From IMG/VR virus record IMGVR_UViG_3300022890_000014, positions 64,001 through 128,000 of that record: DNA of 64,000 nucleotides. The stretch is one strand, 5' to 3'. The stretch is from a virus. The position numbers and the translations under genes were made by a program. The notes below the pieces were generated by a model. The model was not told the origin of the DNA and did not search any database. It saw only the letters and a list, made by a program, of their open reading frames with translations. Each line of letters opens with the position of its first letter. Positions within the stretch are counted from its first letter, which is position 1. Shown here piece after piece: positions 49,874 through 59,623 of the stretch.

Positions 49874-49984
49874 GATTTCACCTCTAGTAATATGTTGATG
49901 TTTAGCACAGTAACAGACTTATACCACTAGTTCACTGGTTGCGTAATGAATATCAAGTAAGCTTACGCGTAAGCCTTACGCAGA

Positions 49985-50479
49985 CTATATGGACAGCGTG
50001 TTCGAGAACCACCCCATAACACCATAAGGACTTCCGATACCTGTAGGACTACCTGTGATGTCAGCAATATTTAGTGCTTGTTTCAACTCATCTGCTTGCT
50101 GCTCAAACTTCTGCCAAAGCTCATTAGCTTTAGATCTGTAGCTAGCAGCCATAGAATGAGTATCAACTGTCATTCCAGCCGCAGAGTATCCGAGGTGGTT
50201 TCTATCGTGCAGGATTGCCGAAGATTCAAGGAGACGACTCATAGTACCAGTTATAAGAAGATCCTGTGATGGGAAGTCGTTGATTGTGGATGATCCGATA
50301 GGAGGAGGCATAGTATTGTACCTATCTATAGTATCCTCAATAGCATTCTTTATTTCACTGTCAGTCTGCTCTTGTCTTCCTATTAGCTCATTAAGATGAT
50401 CAAAGTCAATCATTCTTCTGCGAACTTTGTTTACGAACCATTCAAGAGCCTTTTCATACGTAGTCAATTCAGTTGACAT
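49985..50479 (-). CDS. putative head-tail adaptor protein
   Basis: Helical 164-aa protein just downstream of the capsid gene. Confidence 0.55.
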   Translation of the reverse strand: MSTELTTYEKALEWFVNKVRRRMIDFDHLNELIGRQEQTDSEIKNAIEDTIDRYNTMPPPIGSSTINDFPSQDLLITGTMSRLLESSAILHDRNHLGYSAAGMTVDTHSMAASYRSKANELWQKFEQQADELKQALNIADITGSPTGIGSPYGVMGWFSNTLSI

Positions 50480-50539
50480 TACATTTCTCCGTGGTTATTA
50501 GTTTCTGAAATAACATTGTATCACAAATGTAGTAGATAC

Positions 50540-50575
50540 AAAAATGCCCAACTCAGACTAGCCAAGTCGGGCATT
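50540..50575 (-). terminator. rho-independent terminator after the capsid gene
   Basis: ATGCCCGACT...AGTTGGGCAT stem plus T run on the minus strand. Confidence 0.65.
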
Positions 50576-50611
50576 CATGAACCACCAGCCTACCTAGAGG
50601 TAGTTACGTGA

Positions 50612-51550
50612 TTAGAGTCCTGTCAGTGGATTGGGTACATCGATTGTGAGTTTGCATGTACCTTTGTTGTTTCCAAAGACCATGCTGATGTATTCCCAAG
50701 CCTTCATGAAGATCATGTCGTAATCTTTCTTGATAGCGAATCGGGTATCGCCCATAAGATAGAAGACTCCAAGCATTTCTGGCTTAGTGAACCCATAGAT
50801 GGAACCAGGAGCAACGGTGTCCTTGATTGTGGTGACGAGCTTGTGACCTTGAATGGTCTCGTAGCTCCAACCGCCCACAGTCATTTCACCAGCGATTTTG
50901 TCTCCGACGACGGTAGCGGGGAGGCTACACCAGTCATCGAAGTCAACTTTGTGCATGAGGGTGCAGTCGAAGTTGAGGCTGTCACCGTCAATCATCTTAA
51001 ACAATGCGGTAAGCAATTGTCGGTCAATCATTGTGGCAGGAGAGGTGATGAGCTTGCCAGTTGCGGCTGCGGCTGCATTGGAAAGTTCGATAAGCTTGTC
51101 ATCTTCTACTTTTTCAATATCTTTGACGGAGATCTTTTCGATCCACTCAGTCACGGGATAGTTGAAAGCAAGAAGGAGAGCTTCTTGAATCGAGTACTCA
51201 AGGGTCTCAATCTTATAGAGCTTTGCAGTGAAGCGGTCGCCTTCGATGAAGCGCCCATCGTGGGCACCCATGAAGTTAGCGGCCATAGCTTGTGTATCAT
51301 CATAAGCTCTGTCAATGATCTTTTCGAGTTGATCATGAGTGGTTGAGCGTTGGCAGTCATCAGCGGTGATGATTTCGGGTGGAATAATACTTCTAGCGAA
51401 TCCGCGTTCTCGAATCTTGAGTTGAATGAAGTTTCTTGTTGCGGCGGCTGCTTTATGTAATCCACCATTCTCACCAAGTCTCTTAACAAAAAGGCGATTG
51501 AACTGGCGGGGTTCCATGCCGGTTACTGTATCAAACATATTTGACCTCAT
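50612..51550 (-). CDS. putative major capsid protein (HK97-like fold)
   Basis: 312 aa, strong codon bias, own terminator; DIEKVEDDKLI helix; C-terminal MKAWEYISMVFGN strand pattern. Confidence 0.7.
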   Translation of the reverse strand: MRSNMFDTVTGMEPRQFNRLFVKRLGENGGLHKAAAATRNFIQLKIRERGFARSIIPPEIITADDCQRSTTHDQLEKIIDRAYDDTQAMAANFMGAHDGRFIEGDRFTAKLYKIETLEYSIQEALLLAFNYPVTEWIEKISVKDIEKVEDDKLIELSNAAAAATGKLITSPATMIDRQLLTALFKMIDGDSLNFDCTLMHKVDFDDWCSLPATVVGDKIAGEMTVGGWSYETIQGHKLVTTIKDTVAPGSIYGFTKPEMLGVFYLMGDTRFAIKKDYDMIFMKAWEYISMVFGNNKGTCKLTIDVPNPLTGL

Positions 51551-51640
51551 TTATAAAAAAAGATAATTGGGGTTGAACCCCGCGTAAGGCGTGTTGCGTA
51601 AGGCTCTTAGTCTTTGCGTAAGCCTTACGCAGCCAACGAA

Positions 51641-52093
51641 CTAGGCGTTGATGCGAACCTTAAGAAGACCAGATGCGGGAACTTCAATGACAGTCCCCTT
51701 GATATTCGATTCGTCATCGCTTGCAGCCAAGTATGTCGTGATAACGCCAGCAACAATAACGATAGGAAGGTCTTTTGCCCAAGCAGGACGGGCACCAGCA
51801 GGAGTAACTTCGTAGCCATCAGTGATAGCTTCGTGTGCGCCTTTACCAACGGCAACGCCATTGACTGCATCAGAGTCGGGAGCTTCGGAACCGGAGATGA
51901 CAGGAAAGAGAATATCTTTATGGTTCGCACCAACAGTAGTAGAAGCGGCAGGACTGACGATTGCTTCGTATGCTGCGTTCTGATATACCCACTGGCCTTT
52001 TGCCATAGCAGCAGTTGTAGAGGCAGCAGCAATGGTCCATTGGTGCCGTTCAAGCGTGGAGCCGAGGCCACGAGTAATTTTATAAATAGACAT
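51641..52093 (-). CDS. putative capsid decoration protein
   Basis: Small codon-biased gene immediately upstream of the capsid gene. Confidence 0.5.
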   Translation of the reverse strand: MSIYKITRGLGSTLERHQWTIAAASTTAAMAKGQWVYQNAAYEAIVSPAASTTVGANHKDILFPVISGSEAPDSDAVNGVAVGKGAHEAITDGYEVTPAGARPAWAKDLPIVIVAGVITTYLAASDDESNIKGTVIEVPASGLLKVRINA

Positions 52094-52118
52094 TTAAGCT
52101 ATCTCCTTTTGAGACTTA

Positions 52119-53198
52119 TTAAGAGCCTGGATAACTACCTGTGTTAATAGATCCAGATACGAAATCGTTCATGTAAGAATTTGCAGTCTTTCCAATCGGA
52201 ACAGGCTGACCTGGGTGCTTTCTTCTTTCACTAATATCAACATCACTAGTCTCGCCTTCGCCTTCATAAACCTCACCTATGCTTGCAGCATATTTTGGAA
52301 TAGGTCTACTTGGTTCAGCTTCGACATAGTTGTTGTTGCTATTTATGTTGCTGTATAGACTAGAAAGGTCGTCTTCTCCACTGCTTGTTTCTGCGATCTT
52401 TGGTTGGTGTGCTTCTGGCATAGAGCTAGACTGTATGCTTTGACCAACCCAAACATCGATATTTTCAGGTCTTAGTACTTGGTTAGCTACAAGTGTGGCA
52501 GCTTCCTTGTACAGACCGATAACTTTACTTTGCGTGTTAGCAAGATCTTGCAACCTAGTGATCTCATCTGATTGAGCCTTGAGTTGCATGCCTGCACTTT
52601 TCATAAGTTCTTGTTGTCTGCTCATCACTTCTTCGCTTTGTTTTGTTAATCCAGCATACTGACGAATTCTATTGAGCCTTCCTTTTGCTGCTACGTTTGC
52701 TTGATTTCTAGCAGGTGCTCCTGCCTGATAATTATCAAGTTTCTCATGGAGATACATAGTTCCAGCAAGTGGTAGAGCTATAGCTTTCACGGCACTAGAT
52801 TCGAGAGGTGCTGTAATTCTGTGAGAAATAAGCTTTCCTTCTCCAGACTGAGCAAGAAGCTTTGATATATGTTCAGGTGAAAAGTTAAGCCTCTTGCTTG
52901 CATCAGCAACATCTTTGGGAGTGACCTTGTATTTGGTTAGTCCACCGATACCAGGAATCTCACCAAGATACTTATTATATACTGAGCCTAGTCCAGTTGT
53001 CAGCTTCTCAGAGGGAGCAACGATACCATATTCAATAGCTTTTGAGCCTAGAGTATCTTTTGAGAGATACTTCTCTGCCGGATTGATAATCTTGCCTACA
53101 AGATCTCCAATCCACTTTATGGGCATGGTTGCGAATGAATCGACACCTCTTACACGAGTTGCCGCATCCATTACTGCTTTTCCAGAAGGCAGAGGCAT
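52119..53198 (-). CDS. putative scaffold/head-internal protein
   Basis: Coiled coil plus several K-x-A motifs. Confidence 0.5.
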   Translation of the reverse strand: MPLPSGKAVMDAATRVRGVDSFATMPIKWIGDLVGKIINPAEKYLSKDTLGSKAIEYGIVAPSEKLTTGLGSVYNKYLGEIPGIGGLTKYKVTPKDVADASKRLNFSPEHISKLLAQSGEGKLISHRITAPLESSAVKAIALPLAGTMYLHEKLDNYQAGAPARNQANVAAKGRLNRIRQYAGLTKQSEEVMSRQQELMKSAGMQLKAQSDEITRLQDLANTQSKVIGLYKEAATLVANQVLRPENIDVWVGQSIQSSSMPEAHQPKIAETSSGEDDLSSLYSNINSNNNYVEAEPSRPIPKYAASIGEVYEGEGETSDVDISERRKHPGQPVPIGKTANSYMNDFVSGSINTGSYPGS

Positions 53199-53201
53199 AA
53201 T

Positions 53202-54062
53202 CTATCTTCTTCCCATTCGTTGTTGCAATGCGTTTGCTAACTCTTGTTGTCCAGCTTCTTTTCCACCTGAGCGACCAGCTAGGTAAGCTCCACCACCAAC
53301 AACAGGAAGTCCAACTACTCCCCATCTGCCAATGCTTCCAAGCCTAGTGTTAGGCTTTACATCTTTAGAAACAGAATCCACCAGTTGGTCAGTTGGTTTT
53401 TCAGTTGGTTTTTCACCTGGAACTTTACTTGGTGGTCCAGGCTTAGGCGCTACTTTTGGCGTAGTTTTAGCGGCACCAGATGCGAAACCAGTAGGAGTCG
53501 AGGCTTCCACTTTGGCAACTTCTTTACCCCAGTTTTTACCAACTCCAGAACTAAAAACACTAGGCTTAACTGGTTTCTGAACACTCTTAGCAGCCATTTG
53601 TTCTCCAGCACCAGCAACTCGCATGCCTATGTTAGACATTTGTCGACCTAGCCAGTTACCAATTCGGGCAGTCTTAAGAAGCTCTTCTTCTGCATGCGTA
53701 AGGCTTACGCCTGCTTCAGCTTTTTCGGAAGTGGACTCAATGAAATCATTAAGCCAAGGAGAGGGCATACCTTGAAGATCGATGCCAGCCTCTTTTGTAA
53801 TGAATGAGAAGTCTCGATCTTTGATAGGGCCAAATCTGCTACTAAGAGCTATCTGGCTCAGTTCAGATGAGATCTTCTCAAGCATTGACCTTCCGAGGTC
53901 TGACAATCCATCTCCAGAGGGAAGCGTATCATGCCATCTAGATTCCTCTTCCTTAATGAACAACGAGGATTGCTTCGCCTGCATACAAGAAAGAGCGGTG
54001 TTAGCCTCTACGTCTTGAGCAAAAGAATTAATTCCGTTCATATAGTTGTCGAATCCAGACAT
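53202..54062 (-). CDS. putative head-internal protein
   Basis: K-x-A motifs; C-terminal Gly-rich hydrophobic segment; in-frame palindrome (VSLTH). Confidence 0.55.
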   Translation of the reverse strand: MSGFDNYMNGINSFAQDVEANTALSCMQAKQSSLFIKEEESRWHDTLPSGDGLSDLGRSMLEKISSELSQIALSSRFGPIKDRDFSFITKEAGIDLQGMPSPWLNDFIESTSEKAEAGVSLTHAEEELLKTARIGNWLGRQMSNIGMRVAGAGEQMAAKSVQKPVKPSVFSSGVGKNWGKEVAKVEASTPTGFASGAAKTTPKVAPKPGPPSKVPGEKPTEKPTDQLVDSVSKDVKPNTRLGSIGRWGVVGLPVVGGGAYLAGRSGGKEAGQQELANALQQRMGRR

Positions 54063-54077
54063 GTTATCTCTCCGAGC

Positions 54078-54368
54078 TTATCCGCAAAAAAGGTTGAAGA
54101 GATTCCTGGCAGCTTGGGGTTGCCCAGTCTGCGAAGCGATCTTATTGAGTTCGTTGGCGATGCCATGCTTGATGCCGTCAGAAACGATAATGCCGTAAGC
54201 TTGCTTATTTTCAGAAGCTTGCTTTGACATTTCTTCTTTTTGCATTTGGGCTTCTGCAACTTTCTCAAGGTATTGTTCATTAGAGAGTCCGTGAGCAGCA
54301 GCGGTCTTCGCAAGCTGGTCATCGTGACCGGAAAACTCTCTGTCATAAAGTTCAGCCAAAGTAATCAT
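54078..54368 (-). CDS. putative core/scaffold-family protein
   Basis: AAAHGLSNEQY resembles AAAEGLSVEQY in the neighbouring gene. Confidence 0.6.
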   Translation of the reverse strand: MITLAELYDREFSGHDDQLAKTAAAHGLSNEQYLEKVAEAQMQKEEMSKQASENKQAYGIIVSDGIKHGIANELNKIASQTGQPQAARNLFNLFCG

Positions 54369-54483
54369 TCTTTTATTCTCCGATTTATATACAGGCTATG
54401 TACATAAATGTTATTGCGTAAGATTCAACACGGAAGTCTTTGCGTAAGCCTTACGCGACACCGAAATGCCGCGAAATTGTAGA

Positions 54484-55179
54484 CTAGGTAAGAGCTTCGT
54501 ATCCACCGTAACCAGCACCGGCTAGACCAACAGCGGGAAGGCCACCTTCAAGAGCAAGACGGCCAGCAGCTTCGCCACGACCCATCTGCTGAACAGCTTT
54601 TGCACCTTCTGTGCTAAATAGCGGCATTTGTGCAGCGCCACCCTCGCCGAGGCCAGTAGCTCTCTGCCCAAGGTTCTTCAAGCGGCTCATGTAGTTACCA
54701 GCGGCTTCACCTGTAGCGCGACCTGCATTGCCGATTGCTCCACCAGCACTACTAATCATTCTTGACAACCAGTTAGCCACTTCGGGCGTAACTGCTTCAG
54801 CGGCACTGGCACTCTTGATGAGTTCGGCAGCTTCACCGTAGCCATTCAAGCGGAGCATATTTTCCATGAGACCGAGCTTGGCAACTTGGGCAAGCTTGAC
54901 ATGAACTTCAGAGACGCGATCTCGTACAGGATCGGCACAGGCGAACTTGGTGAGTTCGTCAAAGTAACCAAGAGCCATAACTTCGCCAAGATACTCGTTC
55001 GTGGCGGCAACTTTGTTCATCATAGCTTCTTGGTTGACAACTTGGCTAGCTTTCTTGTCCATGTATTGTTCTACAGAAAGACCTTCAGCAGCAGCGGCTC
55101 TTGCCCAACCATCTCCCTGCTCAGGAGTTTGTTGTTGAGCAGTCTTGGTCATGGTATTATAAAGGGATAATAGACTCAT
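54484..55179 (-). CDS. putative core/scaffold-family protein
   Basis: GEVMALGYFDELTKFA motif; codon-biased. Confidence 0.6.
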   Translation of the reverse strand: MSLLSLYNTMTKTAQQQTPEQGDGWARAAAAEGLSVEQYMDKKASQVVNQEAMMNKVAATNEYLGEVMALGYFDELTKFACADPVRDRVSEVHVKLAQVAKLGLMENMLRLNGYGEAAELIKSASAAEAVTPEVANWLSRMISSAGGAIGNAGRATGEAAGNYMSRLKNLGQRATGLGEGGAAQMPLFSTEGAKAVQQMGRGEAAGRLALEGGLPAVGLAGAGYGGYEALT

Positions 55180-55239
55180 ATCTTCTCCTAGTTATAGAAC
55201 TCAATCTTTTTGAAGATTGGTTTACTATATTGTTGCCGA

Positions 55240-55515
55240 CTACTTGGAAGCTTCTTCTTCCATCTTCTTTTTGTATTCGGGGTCTTTCTTCATCTTGGCG
55301 ATGATTGCTTTCTTCTTGTCAGATTTCTTTTCGTCGTCGCTCTTGCTGTCTTCTTCAGTTGTGCCAGTTGCTTCTTCGGCAGCTTTCTGAAGCTCTGCAC
55401 GAAGGACAGCTTGTCCGAGCTTGTACATGTTTTCGACTTTTTCGCCGAGGTTTTCTGTATTAACAGAAGCGACTTTTTGCTGAGAGCTATTATTGATCAA
55501 ACCAAGGATACTCAT
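55240..55515 (-). CDS. putative core/scaffold-family protein
   Basis: LGQAVLRAELQKAA; charged tail. Confidence 0.6.
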   Translation of the reverse strand: MSILGLINNSSQQKVASVNTENLGEKVENMYKLGQAVLRAELQKAAEEATGTTEEDSKSDDEKKSDKKKAIIAKMKKDPEYKKKMEEEASK

Positions 55516-55577
55516 TTCTTACCTCTCGAATTATTTCTAGTAGAAATTCTCATTGCGTAAGGCCTACGCACATAAGA

Positions 55578-56057
55578 TTAGCTGTGGGAAATAGCCATGA
55601 TTGCAGAAGTTCCTTGAGGGGAGCCACTAAGAGTGTGGATACCATCATTGGAAATATCAGCCAAGCCAGCTTGCACTTTTCTCTGCTCAACTTTGGCAGC
55701 AAACAGATCGTTGTTGTACTGACTTCCATCATTTGGCTTCACGGTACTGAGAGTATCAGCTTGCCCAGGACCATCACCAGGAACTTCAATTCCACCCTTG
55801 GGGGACGTAACGGCAGCGGAGGGAGGAAGATTGGTGTTCATTCCAGAGAGTTCTGCACCAGCAACGACTGCGGCAGAGATCTTGGACATCATGTTGAGAT
55901 AGCCCTTGCCAATAAAAGCGCCTTCGCCTTTGGCATGAGAAGCGATCTTTTCGAGTTGGGATTCTTTTTCGACGATAATAGAAGCAATCTTTTCAAAGGT
56001 GCCTTCTGTGGTTCCGCCATTGGCTTGCTCTTGCAAGAAATTCATTAAGCTAGACAT
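55578..56057 (-). CDS. putative core/scaffold-family protein
   Basis: GAGGAG RBS before ATG 56057; EKIAS twice. Confidence 0.6.
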   Translation of the reverse strand: MSSLMNFLQEQANGGTTEGTFEKIASIIVEKESQLEKIASHAKGEGAFIGKGYLNMMSKISAAVVAGAELSGMNTNLPPSAAVTSPKGGIEVPGDGPGQADTLSTVKPNDGSQYNNDLFAAKVEQRKVQAGLADISNDGIHTLSGSPQGTSAIMAISHS

Positions 56058-56155
56058 AACCGTTTCTCCTCGGTTTACTGTTTTAAACATTTGTCAATTT
56101 AGCTTCAACCATTATAATTTATATTTCACACTTTGTCTTTTTTGTAAAATGAAAT

Positions 56156-59100
56156 TTAATCGAAAGCTTTGTGCATTAGTTCTCCGTCAACCAGGCCAGC
56201 TAGCATCGTAGGTAGCGCAGCGGTAGGAGCCATAAGCGCCCATGTCAAACTACCAAGCGCCCTGTCTTGCCAATTATACGGGTTATGCGGAGCTTTAACT
56301 TTTTGTTCAGGTGGTCCTTCGATCTTATTTTGCAACTTCATGGCAAGGTTAGCTCCTTTCCTGAACACGTCAGCAGTTTTTATGCTACTGAGCTTTTTAC
56401 CTATGAGTCCCTTTGCGGCTCTTGCAGTAGACGGCCCAGCAGCGAGATAGCCGAGAGATAGAATGTCAGGATTCATTGCAACCCATTTGTTTATATCTCC
56501 TATCTGCTCTCCTCTCATTGCTCTTCGTCTCTGATGCATAGAGTATCCGTGGATAGCTGGCATTGTAGCTAGTGCTCCAAGATGAGCCTTGGCTATGTTC
56601 TCACTCCAGGGAAGAAATTCAGCTAATCCAGCGGTCTTCATTAGCTCGCTAGCAGTCTTCATTGATTCATAGATAGTTGGATCATCCCCACCATCAAAGA
56701 AGTTATCGTATGCTATACCAGCTAGACCAGTAAGAGCTACAATAGCTGCTGCTTCAGGTGACATCATTCCTGTTTGTTTGCTACCTGGAATATTAAGAGC
56801 CTTGACAGCAGCGTTTCTCAGGAATGGATAGGCCAATGCAGCAATTCCCATCGTCTCTATTACACTCATGGGTTCTCTGCTATCTTCCACTTTCTGCTTG
56901 AATCTTTCAGAGTCAGCAAGCATAGCCGGATCGATACTGCCCTGCTTGAGCATAATGACTGCGCTTCTTGCTCTTGGGAAGTAATGAGTAGGCATCATGG
57001 ATCTGTGAGCCATAATAGGTCTCAGGTCTTCCATCATGTCTTCATTGGGAGAGCCAAACATAAGAGAGTTAATTCTAGGTGTAAGCCTAGCACTTACTCT
57101 TCCTAGAACACCTTGTCCAACTTCGCTTCCAAAGTCAAACTGGTCAAAGCACATATTCTTCTTATGGAGATGGTCAGAATACCCATCCATACCCATTCCA
57201 TTAAGAAGCATGCGTTGAAATTCCATTGGTCTTGGTATGATTCGCATCTCTCTCATAGTGCTCATCACATTGCCACATGGAACAGTTCTTGATTTGTTTA
57301 TGAAGTCTTCAGGAATATCATATGGCTCAGACTGCATATCCATAGTCAGCATGACTTCTCTTAGCTGTGCGAGAACCTTGTCTATAAATTCCTCACTAAG
57401 CTTAGTCTTTCCTACTTCTTGCCTTTCCTCTGGTGGAAGGTCAATAGCTTCAGATCCACTGGTAGGAGCTTCTTTTTCAATGACTGCATGCTTTACTTCT
57501 TCTCCACCCTTAACAAAGTTAAGTAATGAGGATACCGCTGCTGTTTTACTCATTGAGTTCTCCACAAGAGATCCATCTTCACACGTAGCACTGTAAGTTT
57601 GCTCTGCGTAAGGCTTACGCACTGAAACAACGGAAGCAACTTTCATCACTCCCTCAGAAACCTTATCAGCATTAATGAACACCTTAGATATATCAAACAG
57701 AGAGGGGAGATGGTTGATTGCAAAGACCTTTGTTCCATCCCTGTTTGTTCTGCCCATACTGTGTTTGAGGTGATCGCAATACTCTGTAGTCCAGCGACTA
57801 AGACCTGGAATATTTCTTCCATGAGTTCTATTGTACTCGCTGTTATGCATAAGCACGTAGTCACCAGGAGATACATACTTCTCTCTAACAATTAGATCTG
57901 TATACCACTCGTGAATCCATCTCTCAACTTTGTCTCTCGTACCATGTATTCTGTCACATTCTGAGCAGTTATGAACAGATATCCCATTAACAAGATAGGT
58001 CTCATCCACATCAACACTTAGATTATACACAAAGCCAGAATACTTTTCTTTTTTAATTCCAGATATAGGCGTGGCATAATACTTGTTTCCAGAAGGTGTA
58101 GTCCAGAAAAATCCAGAAGAGACGTTACGTTTTTTATATGATGTGACTTTCTCGGAATATTTAGAAAGAATCTCCGAATATCCCGCTGGTATACATACAG
58201 CATAAGAGACAACTTTATCTTCAGAATAAGAACCACCATTTCCTATCCATTTATTTATTATTGCAGGAATTCCGCACTGAATTAACAGTTGTCTACACCC
58301 AACCATAAGTTGCTCATTTACACCATTTATACGAATAGAGCCACATCTGGTTCCGTGATCTTGACTTCCATCAGTATCTATCATTCCTCCAAGAAAATAA
58401 AGTTTCTCATAATAGCTGGCGTTAAAAAGATAAGGAGGAACGATCTTGTTTACACCAACAGTTCCGCAAGCAGAAATAACTGCTCTTGCAAGTTCTTGAT
58501 CGTAAATCCTGTAATATACTGCGTTTCTGTCATTCTGAACATATTTTTTTATTGATGAATTAGACAAGCTACTTATTGTCTCATCAATATTCCTCATGTG
58601 TTCTACTTCACTAATATTACACGTAAATCCTAATCCTTGCAGCTTATGTCTTCCGTCTTTTTTTCTACCACTTTTTTGAATGATTCTGTGTCCATCTCCA
58701 CAAAAATACCCAAAAAGCCTAGCTAGCATAACACTTCCACCAGTACTAGGCTCTATTATGGGGGATAGAGTATAGTCTCCGACACGAAGATTTTCAGCAT
58801 CTATCCATTCAGGACTAATTGTTATCTTCTCTGGAGGAAGCCTTCTTCCGTTGCCTGCTCTGGCAGATTCTTTTCTCACTGCAAGAATTGGATGATTTTT
58901 TGTTGCCTTTACTTTTCTATACGTACCGATGTGACTTATTTCGATAATGTCATCATCAGCCTGAGCACTCTTAATTACTCTTAGGACCTTATGTGTCTCT
59001 CCAGTATGAGTGACCACACTATGAATATGCTCATTGATAGAATCTATCCTAACTTCACCCAAGTTGGTCTTTACAAGCGAATCTGGCGTGAAGCAAATAT

Positions 59101-59620
59101 CGAACGGAACTCGCAAACCCATACTTGTGAGAGGAAGCTTGCCTGCATCTATCTGAGCGCATGTTTCTGGGTCTTTAGAGCGATCTATGGCAACAAGAAC
59201 TCTAACAAGTCCCTGGTCTACATCATACGATGAAAACAGAACATCGCCAGCAGCTTTGCTAGGATCTTTATTGTTGTGATGATGAAACCACTTGCCTTTC
59301 TGCTGATATGTTTTGTATCCGTGAGAAGAACTCTCACTAATAAGGCAGGGATCTCCGTACTTAGTTTCGCGAGGCATAGCATCGCCATTGACATTATCGC
59401 CAAAGGTCTCTTCGTCGCTCAATGCGTTGACAACTATGTAGCAAAACTTAGAAGGATCTGGATTCAAGCGATTAACAATGAAGTCTCTCAAATCTTCTTT
59501 TAGATGAGAGAGATGTTCAACTGACGCAACAATAGCACCTTTGCTACATACTGTTGCGGTCTTCTGTGATCGAAAATCGCTTATAGGCTCATAGTGGGTA
59601 AGTGCTATTTCTTTATACAT
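56156..59620 (-). CDS. putative prohead/capsid maturation protease polyprotein, intein-containing
   Basis: N-terminal N.NGD, HHHNNKDP, SMG..V..D.CxxC pattern; long C-terminal region rich in K-x-A. Confidence 0.6.
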   Translation of the reverse strand: MYKEIALTHYEPISDFRSQKTATVCSKGAIVASVEHLSHLKEDLRDFIVNRLNPDPSKFCYIVVNALSDEETFGDNVNGDAMPRETKYGDPCLISESSSHGYKTYQQKGKWFHHHNNKDPSKAAGDVLFSSYDVDQGLVRVLVAIDRSKDPETCAQIDAGKLPLTSMGLRVPFDICFTPDSLVKTNLGEVRIDSINEHIHSVVTHTGETHKVLRVIKSAQADDDIIEISHIGTYRKVKATKNHPILAVRKESARAGNGRRLPPEKITISPEWIDAENLRVGDYTLSPIIEPSTGGSVMLARLFGYFCGDGHRIIQKSGRKKDGRHKLQGLGFTCNISEVEHMRNIDETISSLSNSSIKKYVQNDRNAVYYRIYDQELARAVISACGTVGVNKIVPPYLFNASYYEKLYFLGGMIDTDGSQDHGTRCGSIRINGVNEQLMVGCRQLLIQCGIPAIINKWIGNGGSYSEDKVVSYAVCIPAGYSEILSKYSEKVTSYKKRNVSSGFFWTTPSGNKYYATPISGIKKEKYSGFVYNLSVDVDETYLVNGISVHNCSECDRIHGTRDKVERWIHEWYTDLIVREKYVSPGDYVLMHNSEYNRTHGRNIPGLSRWTTEYCDHLKHSMGRTNRDGTKVFAINHLPSLFDISKVFINADKVSEGVMKVASVVSVRKPYAEQTYSATCEDGSLVENSMSKTAAVSSLLNFVKGGEEVKHAVIEKEAPTSGSEAIDLPPEERQEVGKTKLSEEFIDKVLAQLREVMLTMDMQSEPYDIPEDFINKSRTVPCGNVMSTMREMRIIPRPMEFQRMLLNGMGMDGYSDHLHKKNMCFDQFDFGSEVGQGVLGRVSARLTPRINSLMFGSPNEDMMEDLRPIMAHRSMMPTHYFPRARSAVIMLKQGSIDPAMLADSERFKQKVEDSREPMSVIETMGIAALAYPFLRNAAVKALNIPGSKQTGMMSPEAAAIVALTGLAGIAYDNFFDGGDDPTIYESMKTASELMKTAGLAEFLPWSENIAKAHLGALATMPAIHGYSMHQRRRAMRGEQIGDINKWVAMNPDILSLGYLAAGPSTARAAKGLIGKKLSSIKTADVFRKGANLAMKLQNKIEGPPEQKVKAPHNPYNWQDRALGSLTWALMAPTAALPTMLAGLVDGELMHKAFD
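57968..59095 (-). mobile_element. intein (376 aa) with LAGLIDADG homing endonuclease
   Basis: Begins CFTPDSLV; block B ATKNHPI; LFGYFCGDG and FLGGMIDTDG; ends VYNLSV...YLVNGISVHN followed by Cys. Confidence 0.93.
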
Positions 59621-59623
59621 TAA

